From sequence record OP557969.1: a stretch of DNA of 64,000 bases. One strand, written 5' to 3'. This document shows, in pieces, positions 38,266-48,014 of the stretch. This DNA is from Escherichia phage ph0011. Numbering within the stretch: position 1 is the first letter of the stretch; every line of letters starts with the position of its first letter. The translations under genes were made by a program, and so were the position numbers. Under the pieces are notes generated by a model, which searched no databases, was not told the origin of the DNA, and was given only the letters and a program-made list of their open reading frames with translations.

Positions 38266-38844
38266 ATGAATGTATTAGAATTAAGTACTAAGCTTATTAG
38301 TATGCGTAATGAGTGGTACGATTGGTTTTATAAAGGCACTGATATGGATTTTTCAAAATATCCATTTATGGAATCAGGATGTGATGCAAACTACCGCTGG
38401 TTGAGCAAAAGTGATTCTGGTTTATTCATTCGAATTGATGATAGTGGTCAAGGAATTTTAAAAGATTTAATTCGAGTTGAAGAACTCGTCCATGACAATT
38501 GGTGTGATAATGATCCATACCTTGGAAATATGATTTATGTAAGTGAAAATGATTGCATATTCGTTATCCAGCGTCATGGTGATTCTATGTTTTATGTAGC
38601 AGACAACAGTACACCTGACGGTGCGGCAGCCAGTGAACTTATGCCTAAGATTGGTATATTGGAATTTGGATTACCTGAGCACTTTCAGATTAGTACTTTA
38701 TACGATATTCCACCACTTGAGTTCTTTGAAGAATTTAAATTATACTACAATGATCTTCAAAAATTGAGTTCTGAACATCGAATTGAAATAATAGTCAAGT
38801 ACATGGATGGGACAAAATTAACCGATACGGGGATAGAATTTTGA
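38266..38844 (+). CDS. FQ-family paralog (outlier copy)
   Basis: ATG after GAGGA; core LPEHFQISTLYD. Confidence 0.65.
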   Translation: MNVLELSTKLISMRNEWYDWFYKGTDMDFSKYPFMESGCDANYRWLSKSDSGLFIRIDDSGQGILKDLIRVEELVHDNWCDNDPYLGNMIYVSENDCIFVIQRHGDSMFYVADNSTPDGAAASELMPKIGILEFGLPEHFQISTLYDIPPLEFFEEFKLYYNDLQKLSSEHRIEIIVKYMDGTKLTDTGIEF

Positions 38845-39530
38845 TTAAAGATTTAGATAGAATTTTATATGTACTAAGGGGTGTGATTACATTGCATCCA
38901 CAGATTAATCGCATGGAGCGTGTATTTGAATTAAAATCAATAGAAACTCCATATTCACATATATCAAATGTAGTTGGATCATTCAGTACTGAAGACTCTC
39001 CATATGATATTTGTGTATGTGAAGTACAACCAAGTTCGGATATTGGATTTGCTATTTTTGATAAAAATCGAAATCTTATTAGTATGTTTCAGTGCAATAA
39101 TCCTTTTTGGAAAACATGCCTGTATCCAGAGTGGGCTATGCTTGATCCAACAAAGAGTAACATTAAAGTGTACGACTCTAAAAACAAAGAAGTCGTTATT
39201 GATTTGGATGAGTCAATGACTGAGGAAGAACACTTTCAGTTAATGATGTTGCGAGCTATGCCTGAATACAATGCAATGATTAACACTGTGAAATATATTA
39301 ATGATACTATGCAATCATTGCGTACACATGAGTTTTGTCATCCAGTATTGTATGAAAATTTAGATTTAGACTTCAGTACTATTAAATTTAAAGATAATGT
39401 TGTAAATTACATTCAAGAGAATGTTAAATTTGATTTTATTAATACTATGAATAATAATCCAAAAACAAATTTCAGGCATCAGTATAATGAATCGCTCTCT
39501 AATGGACGCGATACCAGTTGGTGGAAATAA
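38841..39530 (+). CDS. FQ-family paralog (outlier copy), probable TTG start
   Basis: TTG overlapping upstream TGA; core TEEEHFQLMMLRA. Confidence 0.5.
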   Translation: MIKDLDRILYVLRGVITLHPQINRMERVFELKSIETPYSHISNVVGSFSTEDSPYDICVCEVQPSSDIGFAIFDKNRNLISMFQCNNPFWKTCLYPEWAMLDPTKSNIKVYDSKNKEVVIDLDESMTEEEHFQLMMLRAMPEYNAMINTVKYINDTMQSLRTHEFCHPVLYENLDLDFSTIKFKDNVVNYIQENVKFDFINTMNNNPKTNFRHQYNESLSNGRDTSWWK

Positions 39531-39531
39531 T

Positions 39532-39795
39532 ATGAATATCCAAGATAGATTACAATTGTTGTGCACACTTGAACAAGCTGCTTATGAACTTGTTAATAAA
39601 ATCTCTGAAGAACTTCCCAAAGGAACTAGAGTTCGTGTTCGTGAAATGGATTATGTAACGGGTGAAATTGAAGAAAAAGTTTTAACAGTGGTTAAAGTAA
39701 CATACTATGAGTCAGAGCTATCAATTCAATGTAAGTCAGATAATGGTTACATTTCCTACTATGGCACTGATATAGAGATGGAGGTAATCAAATGA
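39532..39795 (+). CDS. small hypothetical protein
   Basis: In-frame ATG at 39532 after GGTGGA. Confidence 0.5.
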   Translation: MNIQDRLQLLCTLEQAAYELVNKISEELPKGTRVRVREMDYVTGEIEEKVLTVVKVTYYESELSIQCKSDNGYISYYGTDIEMEVIK

Positions 39796-40934
39796 CCCTT
39801 TTACAAATATATGAAGATTTGATGCACTTATGTAATACCCGTGAGGCTTTCTTTTATGTAGATCATAAAAGTCCTGCTGGTGGCACATATCGTGTATTCA
39901 GTTATCGACTAGCATCATATACTGATTTCATGCAACCGAATGCATTGGAAACCCGTGGTTCTATGTGGGAAATCGATGACGATGGCAACATGATACGTTG
40001 TGCATCACGTTGTATGAAAAAGTTCTTTAATGCTTACGAAAATCCTGCTACGATGTTCCCTGCTGATACCAAATGTGATGACATTGCAGTAGTGATGCCT
40101 AAGTTGGATGGTTCAATTATCAGTTCTTACCGTGATAATGATGGTATTATTCGTTGTAAATCACATACCTCATTGTATTCTGACCATGCAATTAACAGTA
40201 CTCGACTAATTAACGAGAACCAGAATTTGTATCAGTACATTGATGAAGCTGAACGTTTGGGTTACACGGTTAACATGGAGTACACAAGCCCAGAGTACCG
40301 AATCGTATTGCCATATCAGGTAGAACAACTATTTGTTCTAAACGTCCGTCATCGTGTAAGTGGTGAATTGTTGTGTGGTAAAGCATTACGCGAAAAGTTT
40401 CCTTGTCTTTCACAGTACAGCACCAATATGACAGGTAAAGATATTCATCACACGTTTCCGGTAAGAAATACATTTCGTGAAAGTGTTGAAGAAGTTCATA
40501 AAATGCTTGATATTGAGGGTTTTGTTTGTATTCTAAAAGATGGGACAATGTGTAAAATAAAGACGGATTGGTATAGTTCATTACATCTAACAAAAGACAG
40601 TATCATTATTGATTCACATTTGTTCGAAGCTGTGTTAAATGGTTCAAGTGACGACTTGAAACAATTATTCAGTACTGACGAATATGCTATGCAAAAGATA
40701 TTGAGAATGGAACAATTGGTATTTTCGTGCTATAATTCATTACAAGATGAGGTAGAAAACTTCGTCAATACACACAAGCACTTGGGACGAAAGGAATTCG
40801 CAATGAAGGTTCAGGAGTGTTTGACTAATGAACTAAATCGTCAGGGCTTGGCCTTTGCAATGTATAACAATAAGTATGTTGATTATAAAGAAACTCTTAT
40901 CAAATACATGAAAGTAGTACTAAAGGACTTTTAG
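39792..40934 (+). CDS. rnlA: RNA ligase 1 (T4 Rnl1/gp63-like)
   Basis: ATGA overlap after GAGG; 380 aa; N-terminal segment FFYVDHKSPAGGTYRVFSYRLASYTDFMQPNALETRGSMWEID closely parallels T4 Rnl1 as I recall it, including the adenylylation-site lysine context. Confidence 0.9.
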   Translation: MTLLQIYEDLMHLCNTREAFFYVDHKSPAGGTYRVFSYRLASYTDFMQPNALETRGSMWEIDDDGNMIRCASRCMKKFFNAYENPATMFPADTKCDDIAVVMPKLDGSIISSYRDNDGIIRCKSHTSLYSDHAINSTRLINENQNLYQYIDEAERLGYTVNMEYTSPEYRIVLPYQVEQLFVLNVRHRVSGELLCGKALREKFPCLSQYSTNMTGKDIHHTFPVRNTFRESVEEVHKMLDIEGFVCILKDGTMCKIKTDWYSSLHLTKDSIIIDSHLFEAVLNGSSDDLKQLFSTDEYAMQKILRMEQLVFSCYNSLQDEVENFVNTHKHLGRKEFAMKVQECLTNELNRQGLAFAMYNNKYVDYKETLIKYMKVVLKDF

Positions 40935-40966
40935 TATAATCTATAGCCTAAGCACAAGGAGAAGTG

Positions 40967-41221
40967 ATGGCTAAACCTAAGTATAGAAATGACGGTTCCC
41001 TTTCTCCAACAGAGTTCAGGAAGATACAAGAAGAAATCGATACATTACAGCACAAACGCTCTAAGAAAGGTGTGAAGATTAGTAAGAAACGAATCGAGAA
41101 TACTTTCGGTTGTAGTAGTACTGAATATAAAAAGAAAAGGAAACCGAAAGATGTTAGACCGAGAATATATGATATTACTCGTTATACATCAAGACGTGAA
41201 AATAAGTTTGATCCACTATAA
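40967..41221 (+). CDS. small basic hypothetical protein
   Basis: ATG after AAGGAG; Lys/Arg-rich 84 aa. Confidence 0.55.
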   Translation: MAKPKYRNDGSLSPTEFRKIQEEIDTLQHKRSKKGVKISKKRIENTFGCSSTEYKKKRKPKDVRPRIYDITRYTSRRENKFDPL

Positions 41222-41230
41222 GGAGTTCAT

Positions 41231-41461
41231 ATGAAAGTTGAAGTTCAGCATAGTATTGTTCAAGATATGTCGGTAGTGAAATTTCATTCTCTGAAAGATT
41301 ACTTCAGGTGTATCAAGTTTCTAGAAGAATCTCATTTACAGTGGACTCCATTGAAATACAGTTCATTTAATGATACAGCTAGTATTCGTTGTGATGAATC
41401 TGTACTTGTAAAAATTACAAAACGATTTGGGTTAGGTAAAATTAATGAGCACAGTAAATGA
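41231..41461 (+). CDS. small hypothetical protein
   Basis: ATG after AAGGAG. Confidence 0.55.
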   Translation: MKVEVQHSIVQDMSVVKFHSLKDYFRCIKFLEESHLQWTPLKYSSFNDTASIRCDESVLVKITKRFGLGKINEHSK

Positions 41462-41699
41462 CCTAAAATACTACAACCAAACTGCGGATACCTTTATTAC
41501 CCATTTATATGAAGAATTCAGTCGTATCCGCAATGAATATACTGGTAAATGTATTTTATATAGCTTTTATCATAGTGGTGAAATTGAACTTGCTTACATT
41601 ACTAAAGTGAAGTTTTCAGATGACTATCAATTACTCTTTGAATTAGACAATAGTTTCGTTATTGAAGCTAATTTGATAGTTGATGTACTAGATAAGTGA
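41445..41699 (+). CDS. small hypothetical protein
   Basis: ATG ORF 84 aa. Confidence 0.5.
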   Translation: MSTVNDLKYYNQTADTFITHLYEEFSRIRNEYTGKCILYSFYHSGEIELAYITKVKFSDDYQLLFELDNSFVIEANLIVDVLDK

Positions 41700-41705
41700 G
41701 GACAC

Positions 41706-42020
41706 ATGAATAAAGAACTTGCTCAAAAAGGCATTGATCAGTTAAAGTACATTGAAAAGGAACTAATAGAATCAGTTGAATTAATGGTCGAAGATTTCGT
41801 GTTTGATTTTAAGAAAACATTGATTGGATGTAAAGTCAAATGCTGGGACCATACTATCAGGGAATGGTTTAGTACTATAATCCTTGATGTTAAAGTATCG
41901 CGTACTGCTTTTGGTAACTTAGTAAATGGTGAATGCTTTGTATACACTGAATACAATAACGGAACAAGACACCTTTCAAAAGGATGGCACAGACTCGAAG
42001 ATGTAGAATTCATTGAGTAG
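41706..42020 (+). CDS. small hypothetical protein
   Basis: ATG after GAGGA. Confidence 0.55.
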   Translation: MNKELAQKGIDQLKYIEKELIESVELMVEDFVFDFKKTLIGCKVKCWDHTIREWFSTIILDVKVSRTAFGNLVNGECFVYTEYNNGTRHLSKGWHRLEDVEFIE

Positions 42021-42032
42021 TAAGGAGTAATA

Positions 42033-42965
42033 ATGCCGACTATCACACTAACAGTTGGTTTACCTGGATGTGGTAAAACAACATGGGCAGTACAAGAGAT
42101 TAAAAAAGCCAAATCCAAGACTATCAATATCAACCGTGATGATATTCGTGAATCGATGGCTGGGTCACATGATGCTTACAAATTCAATGATGCTAATGAG
42201 AAGTACGTAACTAATTTACAGTTCAGTGCAGCAAAATTAGCAGCAGAGAATGGTTGGAATATTATTGTATCCGACACAAACCTTAAACCACATTTCCGTG
42301 AACAATGGAAAATGTGGGCTAAAGATAATGGTTATGATTATAAAGAAAAGAACTTCTATGATGATTTTGTACCAAAGGAAGACCGTGGTGCAGATGTTCA
42401 TGAATTCTTTAAGATTAAAGAGTTTGTAAAACTTTGTAAGAAATATAACCTCCAGCGTGAGCGTTCAGTACAAGATAATATCATTGACACAATGGCAGAT
42501 ACGTACTATTATAGTAAGGCATTGCATATTGGTTACTATGGTAATTCTCGTGAAGAAGCGATTATCGTTGATATCGATGGAACTCTTGCTCATAAATGGA
42601 ACCGCAATCCATTTGATGAAAGTACAGTTCTCCAAGATACACCAGACGAAGAAGTTATTTTGTCTGTTATCGCCGAAGCAGTTTTTCATAAACGCAAGAT
42701 TATTGTCATGAGTGGTCGTACTGAAGGGTGTCGTGCTGACACAGAACAGTGGTTGAAGAATTGGGGTGTTCCCTACGATGCATTGTTTATGCGAGGCATT
42801 GATGATAAACGTCCCGATGATGTTGTTAAATTCGACCTGTACATGAAAAATGTGGTTGATCATTACGATGTTAAAAAAGTATATGATGACAGAGCACAAG
42901 TCGTATTCATGTGGCGTAAACTACTTGGATTGAAAGTGATGCAAGTTGCGGAAGGAAATTTTTAG
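42033..42965 (+). CDS. pseT: polynucleotide 5'-kinase/3'-phosphatase (T4 Pnk-like)
   Basis: ATG after AAGGAG; P-loop GLPGCGKTT in kinase domain; phosphatase DxDGT motif (VDIDGTL); collinear with T4 PseT as I recall it. Confidence 0.92.
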   Translation: MPTITLTVGLPGCGKTTWAVQEIKKAKSKTININRDDIRESMAGSHDAYKFNDANEKYVTNLQFSAAKLAAENGWNIIVSDTNLKPHFREQWKMWAKDNGYDYKEKNFYDDFVPKEDRGADVHEFFKIKEFVKLCKKYNLQRERSVQDNIIDTMADTYYYSKALHIGYYGNSREEAIIVDIDGTLAHKWNRNPFDESTVLQDTPDEEVILSVIAEAVFHKRKIIVMSGRTEGCRADTEQWLKNWGVPYDALFMRGIDDKRPDDVVKFDLYMKNVVDHYDVKKVYDDRAQVVFMWRKLLGLKVMQVAEGNF

Positions 42966-42973
42966 TACAAAAA

Positions 42974-42997
42974 GGGATCAGTATATGATCCCTTTTT
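42974..42997 (+). terminator. rho-independent terminator
   Basis: GGGATCA-GTATA-TGATCCC hairpin followed by T5. Confidence 0.65.
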
Positions 42998-43034
42998 CTT
43001 TTAAGGTACATTATAGTGAATGTAACAACACAAA

Positions 43035-43193
43035 TGTTATTACGAAAAGATTATTTAGAAAATATAGAAAGATTCTATAGAATGTCTTTGTATGAAAATA
43101 AGCATAAAAATTATAATTTTGATAAACTGCTAAATTCCAGTACTGATGATTATTTATTTTCATCAATGTTTTATGTGAGAGGATTATTGTAAT
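43035..43193 (+). CDS. small hypothetical protein (52 aa)
   Basis: Hand-translated ORF below the track cutoff; TAATG overlap with the next gene. Confidence 0.25.
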
Positions 43194-43452
43194 GGATAAA
43201 TTTCATACAGATATAACACAGATAGGTAACCTTATCAATAGTCTAATTACTGATTTAGAAGAAAAGTACTTAGGGCGAAATGTATACGTAGAAATGTATG
43301 AAACATATGGTGTTATTGATATGATTTATTATAGTGCATTGAAATATGAAATACGTTTAACTGTATGTTTATATGAAAAAGGTACATTTAAAAGAAGTTC
43401 TGCAATCCGTCAAGTCGGAGTTGACGACATTGAATTATACGAGGAACAATGA
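43192..43452 (+). CDS. small hypothetical protein
   Basis: ATG ORF 86 aa. Confidence 0.55.
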   Translation: MDKFHTDITQIGNLINSLITDLEEKYLGRNVYVEMYETYGVIDMIYYSALKYEIRLTVCLYEKGTFKRSSAIRQVGVDDIELYEEQ

Positions 43453-43703
43453 TGTTTGAGCAGGACTTAGAGCTATTCAAAAGTTATATTGAGTACTTAG
43501 TTACTTTAGAAAAAGAGCTAACTGCAAAGTACAAGGGTGTTCGTGTTCAGTGCTGGTATGACGATTGTGATTATAAACGTGAACTTATTATTGACCGAAT
43601 ATATTTCATCGATGGTGTATTGAATGTACATGGTGTTAATGATTTTGGACATTCATATACTTATTCAAATAATGCAAAATTCAAGAGGATTGACAATGAA
43701 TGA
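43449..43703 (+). CDS. small hypothetical protein
   Basis: ATGA overlap after GAGGAA. Confidence 0.55.
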   Translation: MMFEQDLELFKSYIEYLVTLEKELTAKYKGVRVQCWYDDCDYKRELIIDRIYFIDGVLNVHGVNDFGHSYTYSNNAKFKRIDNE

Positions 43704-43998
43704 GTATTATCAAAATTTATTCAAATACATAAAACTAATAGATGATCTTGCTTTTGATTTTCTTAGTACTGATAAAGTTGATGAGCCTTTATATTATGAT
43801 TGTATTGGTTCACTTTGTTCATATGAAAAAGAAATATTAGAAAACAATTTACCATCAACGCTCTGTATTATCAATGGTTCTAAAGCGGTGGTGGTAGATG
43901 TTAATTTTTATAAATCACTTAATACAATTGTTTACAAGTTTGATAACACTGGGTTTAATCATATAACAGGTAATATTAAATCTGTGAGGTTCTTATGA
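43696..43998 (+). CDS. small hypothetical protein
   Basis: In-frame ATG at 43696 after AGAGGA. Confidence 0.5.
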   Translation: MNEYYQNLFKYIKLIDDLAFDFLSTDKVDEPLYYDCIGSLCSYEKEILENNLPSTLCIINGSKAVVVDVNFYKSLNTIVYKFDNTGFNHITGNIKSVRFL

Positions 43999-44291
43999 AT
44001 TTAAAACATTTGTTAGAACAGGCTCATTTATTGTATAGCTGTGCTGATGGTTCTGGTAAGGAGTATAGTGAAGTTTATTTAGAACTGTTTAGAACGGAAA
44101 TACACATAATTAGAAGATACTTAATTGATAATAAAACTGAAGTAAAAGTTAGATACCATAATGGTACTTTAAAGAATGGTATAATTATTGGATTGATAGT
44201 TTCACGAATGTCTAGTAATATTAAAGTTGCAATTAGATTAATGACTGATGATGGTGTCTACACCATAGAAGTAAGTGAGATTATATATTAA
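43995..44291 (+). CDS. small hypothetical protein
   Basis: ATGA overlap. Confidence 0.55.
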   Translation: MNLKHLLEQAHLLYSCADGSGKEYSEVYLELFRTEIHIIRRYLIDNKTEVKVRYHNGTLKNGIIIGLIVSRMSSNIKVAIRLMTDDGVYTIEVSEIIY

Positions 44292-44597
44292 ATGGATATA
44301 CAAACATTCAATAAACTTAAGTACTACGACAATGGTTTTACTATTATTATTAATGAACTGGATGGGATACCATATGAGTATCATAATGGTGTAATGAAAA
44401 TATTAAAAAGTATTTGTGATGATTTAAAAACTATATTTGAAAATGAATATGTTTACGACTTAGGCATAAACAATAAAAAATTATACATAAAGAAATTCAG
44501 TGGGACGCATTGTGGGCTGATGGTTAATTTGGGTTTATGTGCTGACAATAATTTTGAAGCATGTAGTTTATATCTGGATGAAATGCGAATCTCATGA
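44292..44597 (+). CDS. small hypothetical protein
   Basis: ATG directly after upstream TAA. Confidence 0.55.
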   Translation: MDIQTFNKLKYYDNGFTIIINELDGIPYEYHNGVMKILKSICDDLKTIFENEYVYDLGINNKKLYIKKFSGTHCGLMVNLGLCADNNFEACSLYLDEMRIS

Positions 44598-44655
44598 GAC
44601 ATATCTTGAATCGGTGATATAATTTCATTACAACACTGACAATGGAGTAGATGTT

Positions 44656-44985
44656 GTGGATGACGATTTTTTTAAAACGTTGGATAAAACGATAGTTATT
44701 CTATCTAGTTCATTAATGCACATTTTCAGTACTGATAATTCTTATAGTTCACATACATTTGATTTAATATGTAATAACTATGTAAATGGTATATCAGATG
44801 ATTTATGTCCATTTATTGCATATTTACTCGATGATAGTGAAGAATTTAATATATGCAACATTAGTTGTGGATTTGGTGATTGGATTGTGTTAAATGAACG
44901 TGGTGGGATCTGTTTATACACCGAAGATATTGGTAAATTTATATATAAAGGAGTAGAATATGTTAACAATCGCAGCAGTTATTAG
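44656..44985 (+). CDS. hypothetical protein, probable GTG start
   Basis: ORF track frame; GTG 9 nt after GGAG. Confidence 0.4.
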   Translation: MDDDFFKTLDKTIVILSSSLMHIFSTDNSYSSHTFDLICNNYVNGISDDLCPFIAYLLDDSEEFNICNISCGFGDWIVLNERGGICLYTEDIGKFIYKGVEYVNNRSSY

Positions 44986-45550
44986 TGTACTAGGCGTAGC
45001 CATTACAGGTATGCTTGCTTACAATTACAACCGTAGTGTTATCGGTTATGTACTACTTAGTCTAGTACTAACACCAGTACTAGCCATCGTTACTTTATTA
45101 GTATTAGGTGAACGTAAAATCAACTTCATTATTAATGATAAACGTGATCAAGTTACACCCGAACCCGAAAAAGTTATCAATGAAGAACGAGAAGAGCAAA
45201 AAGTTGAAGTTCAAATGAAAGTGAATGTTCACAACGCACTTGATGAAACTGACCCTAAAGTTAATATTACTGTTGTTCCTAAAGTCAATGAAGTAAAGCC
45301 TAAAACAGCAACAAAAAGTTCTAAATCAAAGAAAAGCACCAAGACCACAAAGAAAGCTCGCAACACAAAAGGTAAGAATAAAAACAAAGTTCAAGATGAA
45401 CCACAACAAGACACACATGATCATACTTCCCATATTATTACAGCAGCTACAACCGCAGCAGTTGTGACACCATATATCTCTTCTGCTGATACTGGTTCAT
45501 ATGATAGCTCTAGCTGTGATTCAAACACTAGTTCTGGAAGCGGTGATTAA
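44960..45550 (+). CDS. predicted membrane protein with Lys-rich basic tail
   Basis: ATG after AAGGAG; two N-terminal hydrophobic helices then KSSKSKKSTKTTKKARNTKGKNKNK. Confidence 0.6.
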   Translation: MLTIAAVISVLGVAITGMLAYNYNRSVIGYVLLSLVLTPVLAIVTLLVLGERKINFIINDKRDQVTPEPEKVINEEREEQKVEVQMKVNVHNALDETDPKVNITVVPKVNEVKPKTATKSSKSKKSTKTTKKARNTKGKNKNKVQDEPQQDTHDHTSHIITAATTAAVVTPYISSADTGSYDSSSCDSNTSSGSGD

Positions 45551-45552
45551 CA

Positions 45553-45885
45553 ATGAAACATCTTGTACAATATAATCAGTACTTGATTTCATTACACAAA
45601 ATGAAAGATGATTTCTTTAGAAGTGCTGAGATTGAACTCGTTGGTAAGATAGTAAAATTTACTGACGAGTATATCAAAAGATACACTGACATAGATGATG
45701 ACCCAGAGTATGAATCATACTACCAGTACATAAATCAATATACTAGAATGCGAATTGTTGGAATTTTAAAATTCGGTATACGATTAGTTGCACATGTGGA
45801 ATTCATCAATTACGAAGCAATTGATGCAGCAGCCTTTGGGGATGAAATTAGTTTAGATCATCTTATACTAGTTGATGAGGAATAA
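45553..45885 (+). CDS. hypothetical protein
   Basis: ATG ORF 110 aa. Confidence 0.55.
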   Translation: MKHLVQYNQYLISLHKMKDDFFRSAEIELVGKIVKFTDEYIKRYTDIDDDPEYESYYQYINQYTRMRIVGILKFGIRLVAHVEFINYEAIDAAAFGDEISLDHLILVDEE

Positions 45886-45887
45886 TA

Positions 45888-46103
45888 ATGATTACATTTT
45901 TTGCAATATATGGGTTTGTTGCGTTTTGTTCATTTATATGTAACTTTCTAGTACTAAATTGGAATTGTTTCAAAGATGAAATCATAACTGCAATGAGTCT
46001 GCAATCAGCAGCACTAATGGCTATAATTTGGCCTGTAACTATGGTGTATCTTTTTATCTCAATAATAAAAGATATCACATCCCACTTCAAGAGAAAGAAA
46101 TAA
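45888..46103 (+). CDS. small predicted membrane protein
   Basis: ATG ORF; hydrophobic 71 aa. Confidence 0.5.
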   Translation: MITFFAIYGFVAFCSFICNFLVLNWNCFKDEIITAMSLQSAALMAIIWPVTMVYLFISIIKDITSHFKRKK

Positions 46104-46354
46104 TGTTTAACACAGACTATTCACATTTACGATATCTTATGTCTTTGGCTGATGATTTTATTAATGATTTGAAGCCTAAGTATATTGGACAGGAAGTAAG
46201 TTTGATAAACTCTAGGGGTTATGGAAAGTACATTATTACTGATATGTATATTAGCGGTGGAGAATGGCGTTTCAAAGTTAATACGTATCTTAAAGATGGT
46301 TCTTTTGCAGGTACACAAGTTACAAAACACACTAACATTATATGGTTGAAATAA
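46103..46354 (+). CDS. small hypothetical protein
   Basis: ATG at 46103 (TAATG overlap). Confidence 0.5.
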   Translation: MFNTDYSHLRYLMSLADDFINDLKPKYIGQEVSLINSRGYGKYIITDMYISGGEWRFKVNTYLKDGSFAGTQVTKHTNIIWLK

Positions 46355-46356
46355 TA

Positions 46357-47100
46357 ATGAAACATTTCTTAGAAGTTACAGTACCGGATGATAAAGATTT
46401 ATATATTGTTGGTGATTTACATGGTAATGGAAAACTGTGGGACGCGACTAAGAAAGAGTTCGGTGTCACCAACGAAGATTACGTGTTTTCTGTTGGTGAT
46501 GTTATTGACCGTGGTGACCAGAACTCTAAGCTTCTATTTGAATTCCTTTTCGGTGAAAACCGTTTTATGATTACTGGGAACCACGAGATGATGTGTGTTG
46601 ATTCTGAAACTCATCGTGACTGGTATCACTGTTGGGTCCAAAATGGTGGAGATAAGTTCATTGATGAAGTTGGGGTAACAGGCATTCAATTCTTTCGTCA
46701 GTACTTAAATGATCTCCCTATGATTATCCAAATCAATCACCGAGGATTGAAGATTGGGTTAGTTCATGCAGGTGTTCCATTGGAATATACAACATGGGAA
46801 CGTTTCGTTAATGGGACAAAATCACTTAGTGCTGATATAATTGAGAAGTGCTTGTGGGAACGTGATACATTTGACTACTGCAAGAAAAATAACACATATT
46901 ACGCCCCTAGACTTGATGGTATCCATTGCGTATTTAGTGGTCATACCGCAGTATCTGACCCACTCATTTATGGTAATCGTATTTGGATTGATAGTCAGTT
47001 TTTAACAGGTGATTTGACTCTTGCAACTCCACAAAGCGGTGGGATGAGATACTTACGTAAAGAAAAAGATGAGTACTCATTCAATCGTTTCAAAAGGTAA
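46357..47100 (+). CDS. metallophosphoesterase (Ser/Thr-phosphatase-like)
   Basis: Motifs GDLHG, GDVIDRG, GNHE characteristic of calcineurin-like phosphoesterases; start could also be the ATG at 46342. Confidence 0.75.
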   Translation: MKHFLEVTVPDDKDLYIVGDLHGNGKLWDATKKEFGVTNEDYVFSVGDVIDRGDQNSKLLFEFLFGENRFMITGNHEMMCVDSETHRDWYHCWVQNGGDKFIDEVGVTGIQFFRQYLNDLPMIIQINHRGLKIGLVHAGVPLEYTTWERFVNGTKSLSADIIEKCLWERDTFDYCKKNNTYYAPRLDGIHCVFSGHTAVSDPLIYGNRIWIDSQFLTGDLTLATPQSGGMRYLRKEKDEYSFNRFKR

Positions 47101-47105
47101 TAATT

Positions 47106-47366
47106 ATGCATGACGTAATTAAAAAATACTTAAATGATAGATATGTCCTGACAAAATCTATTAATTCTATACTAAAAGACCATGCTAATCAAATACATGA
47201 GATTCTATCCGAGAAACTTATTGGTTGTTCAGTTGAATTTGACTACAAAAAGAATATCGGAGTTATTCGACGTGTAGTTGATGTTTATGAACAAAATGTA
47301 TATGTTGAAATTGTATATGATGGTAAATTATTACAACTAAGTACTGAAGATTTGACATTTTTATAA
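47106..47366 (+). CDS. small hypothetical protein
   Basis: ATG after AAAGG. Confidence 0.55.
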   Translation: MHDVIKKYLNDRYVLTKSINSILKDHANQIHEILSEKLIGCSVEFDYKKNIGVIRRVVDVYEQNVYVEIVYDGKLLQLSTEDLTFL

Positions 47367-47376
47367 GGAAATAGAA

Positions 47377-47604
47377 ATGAAAGTAATTCAAGTTATGGTA
47401 GAAAAATACCAAACTGAAGATGGTCGCATTTTTGATTCAGCAAAACAAGCTGAACATCATGAACGTATTATTTCTGGTACACGTAAAGTGTGTCCTACAT
47501 GTAATGGAACACAACAAGTACCGTCAGAGGATTACCGCAGCTTTTATGCTTGTCCACAGTGTGACGGTAAAGGTTACGTAGAAAAACAAGAGGTATGGAA
47601 ATGA
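47377..47604 (+). CDS. small zinc-ribbon protein
   Basis: ATG after AAGGA; CPTC ... CPQC cysteine pairs. Confidence 0.55.
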   Translation: MKVIQVMVEKYQTEDGRIFDSAKQAEHHERIISGTRKVCPTCNGTQQVPSEDYRSFYACPQCDGKGYVEKQEVWK

Positions 47605-48014
47605 AATTATATTGCTTAACTAATATGTATTGTCAAGGTGTCCAAGCTGGTATTCAAGCATTTCATGCTGGAGTTAAACTAATCAAAGAATATGAAGGTT
47701 CTTCGTTCAGTACTATGATTGATGAATGGTACAATGAGCATGAAACTATTGTAGTACTAAATGCGGGTGGACATGATAAATTAAATTCTTATTATAAAGA
47801 CCTTAACAAACAGGGAACAGTTCCGTTTGCCAAATTCAATGAAGCTGGATTGAATGATGCTATTACATGTATAGCAGTACTGTGTACATCTGAAATGGTT
47901 GAAGATATGTCTATTATGCGTATGAATCTTCCTGCTGGTGATCAGTTAATGCAGGTGAAATATGGATCATTATTTGACACATTAAAAGCAATTAGTACTA
48001 TGAGGACTATTTGA
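47601..48014 (+). CDS. hypothetical protein
   Basis: ATG at 47601 (ATGA overlap) 8 nt after AGAGG. Confidence 0.55.
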   Translation: MKLYCLTNMYCQGVQAGIQAFHAGVKLIKEYEGSSFSTMIDEWYNEHETIVVLNAGGHDKLNSYYKDLNKQGTVPFAKFNEAGLNDAITCIAVLCTSEMVEDMSIMRMNLPAGDQLMQVKYGSLFDTLKAISTMRTI

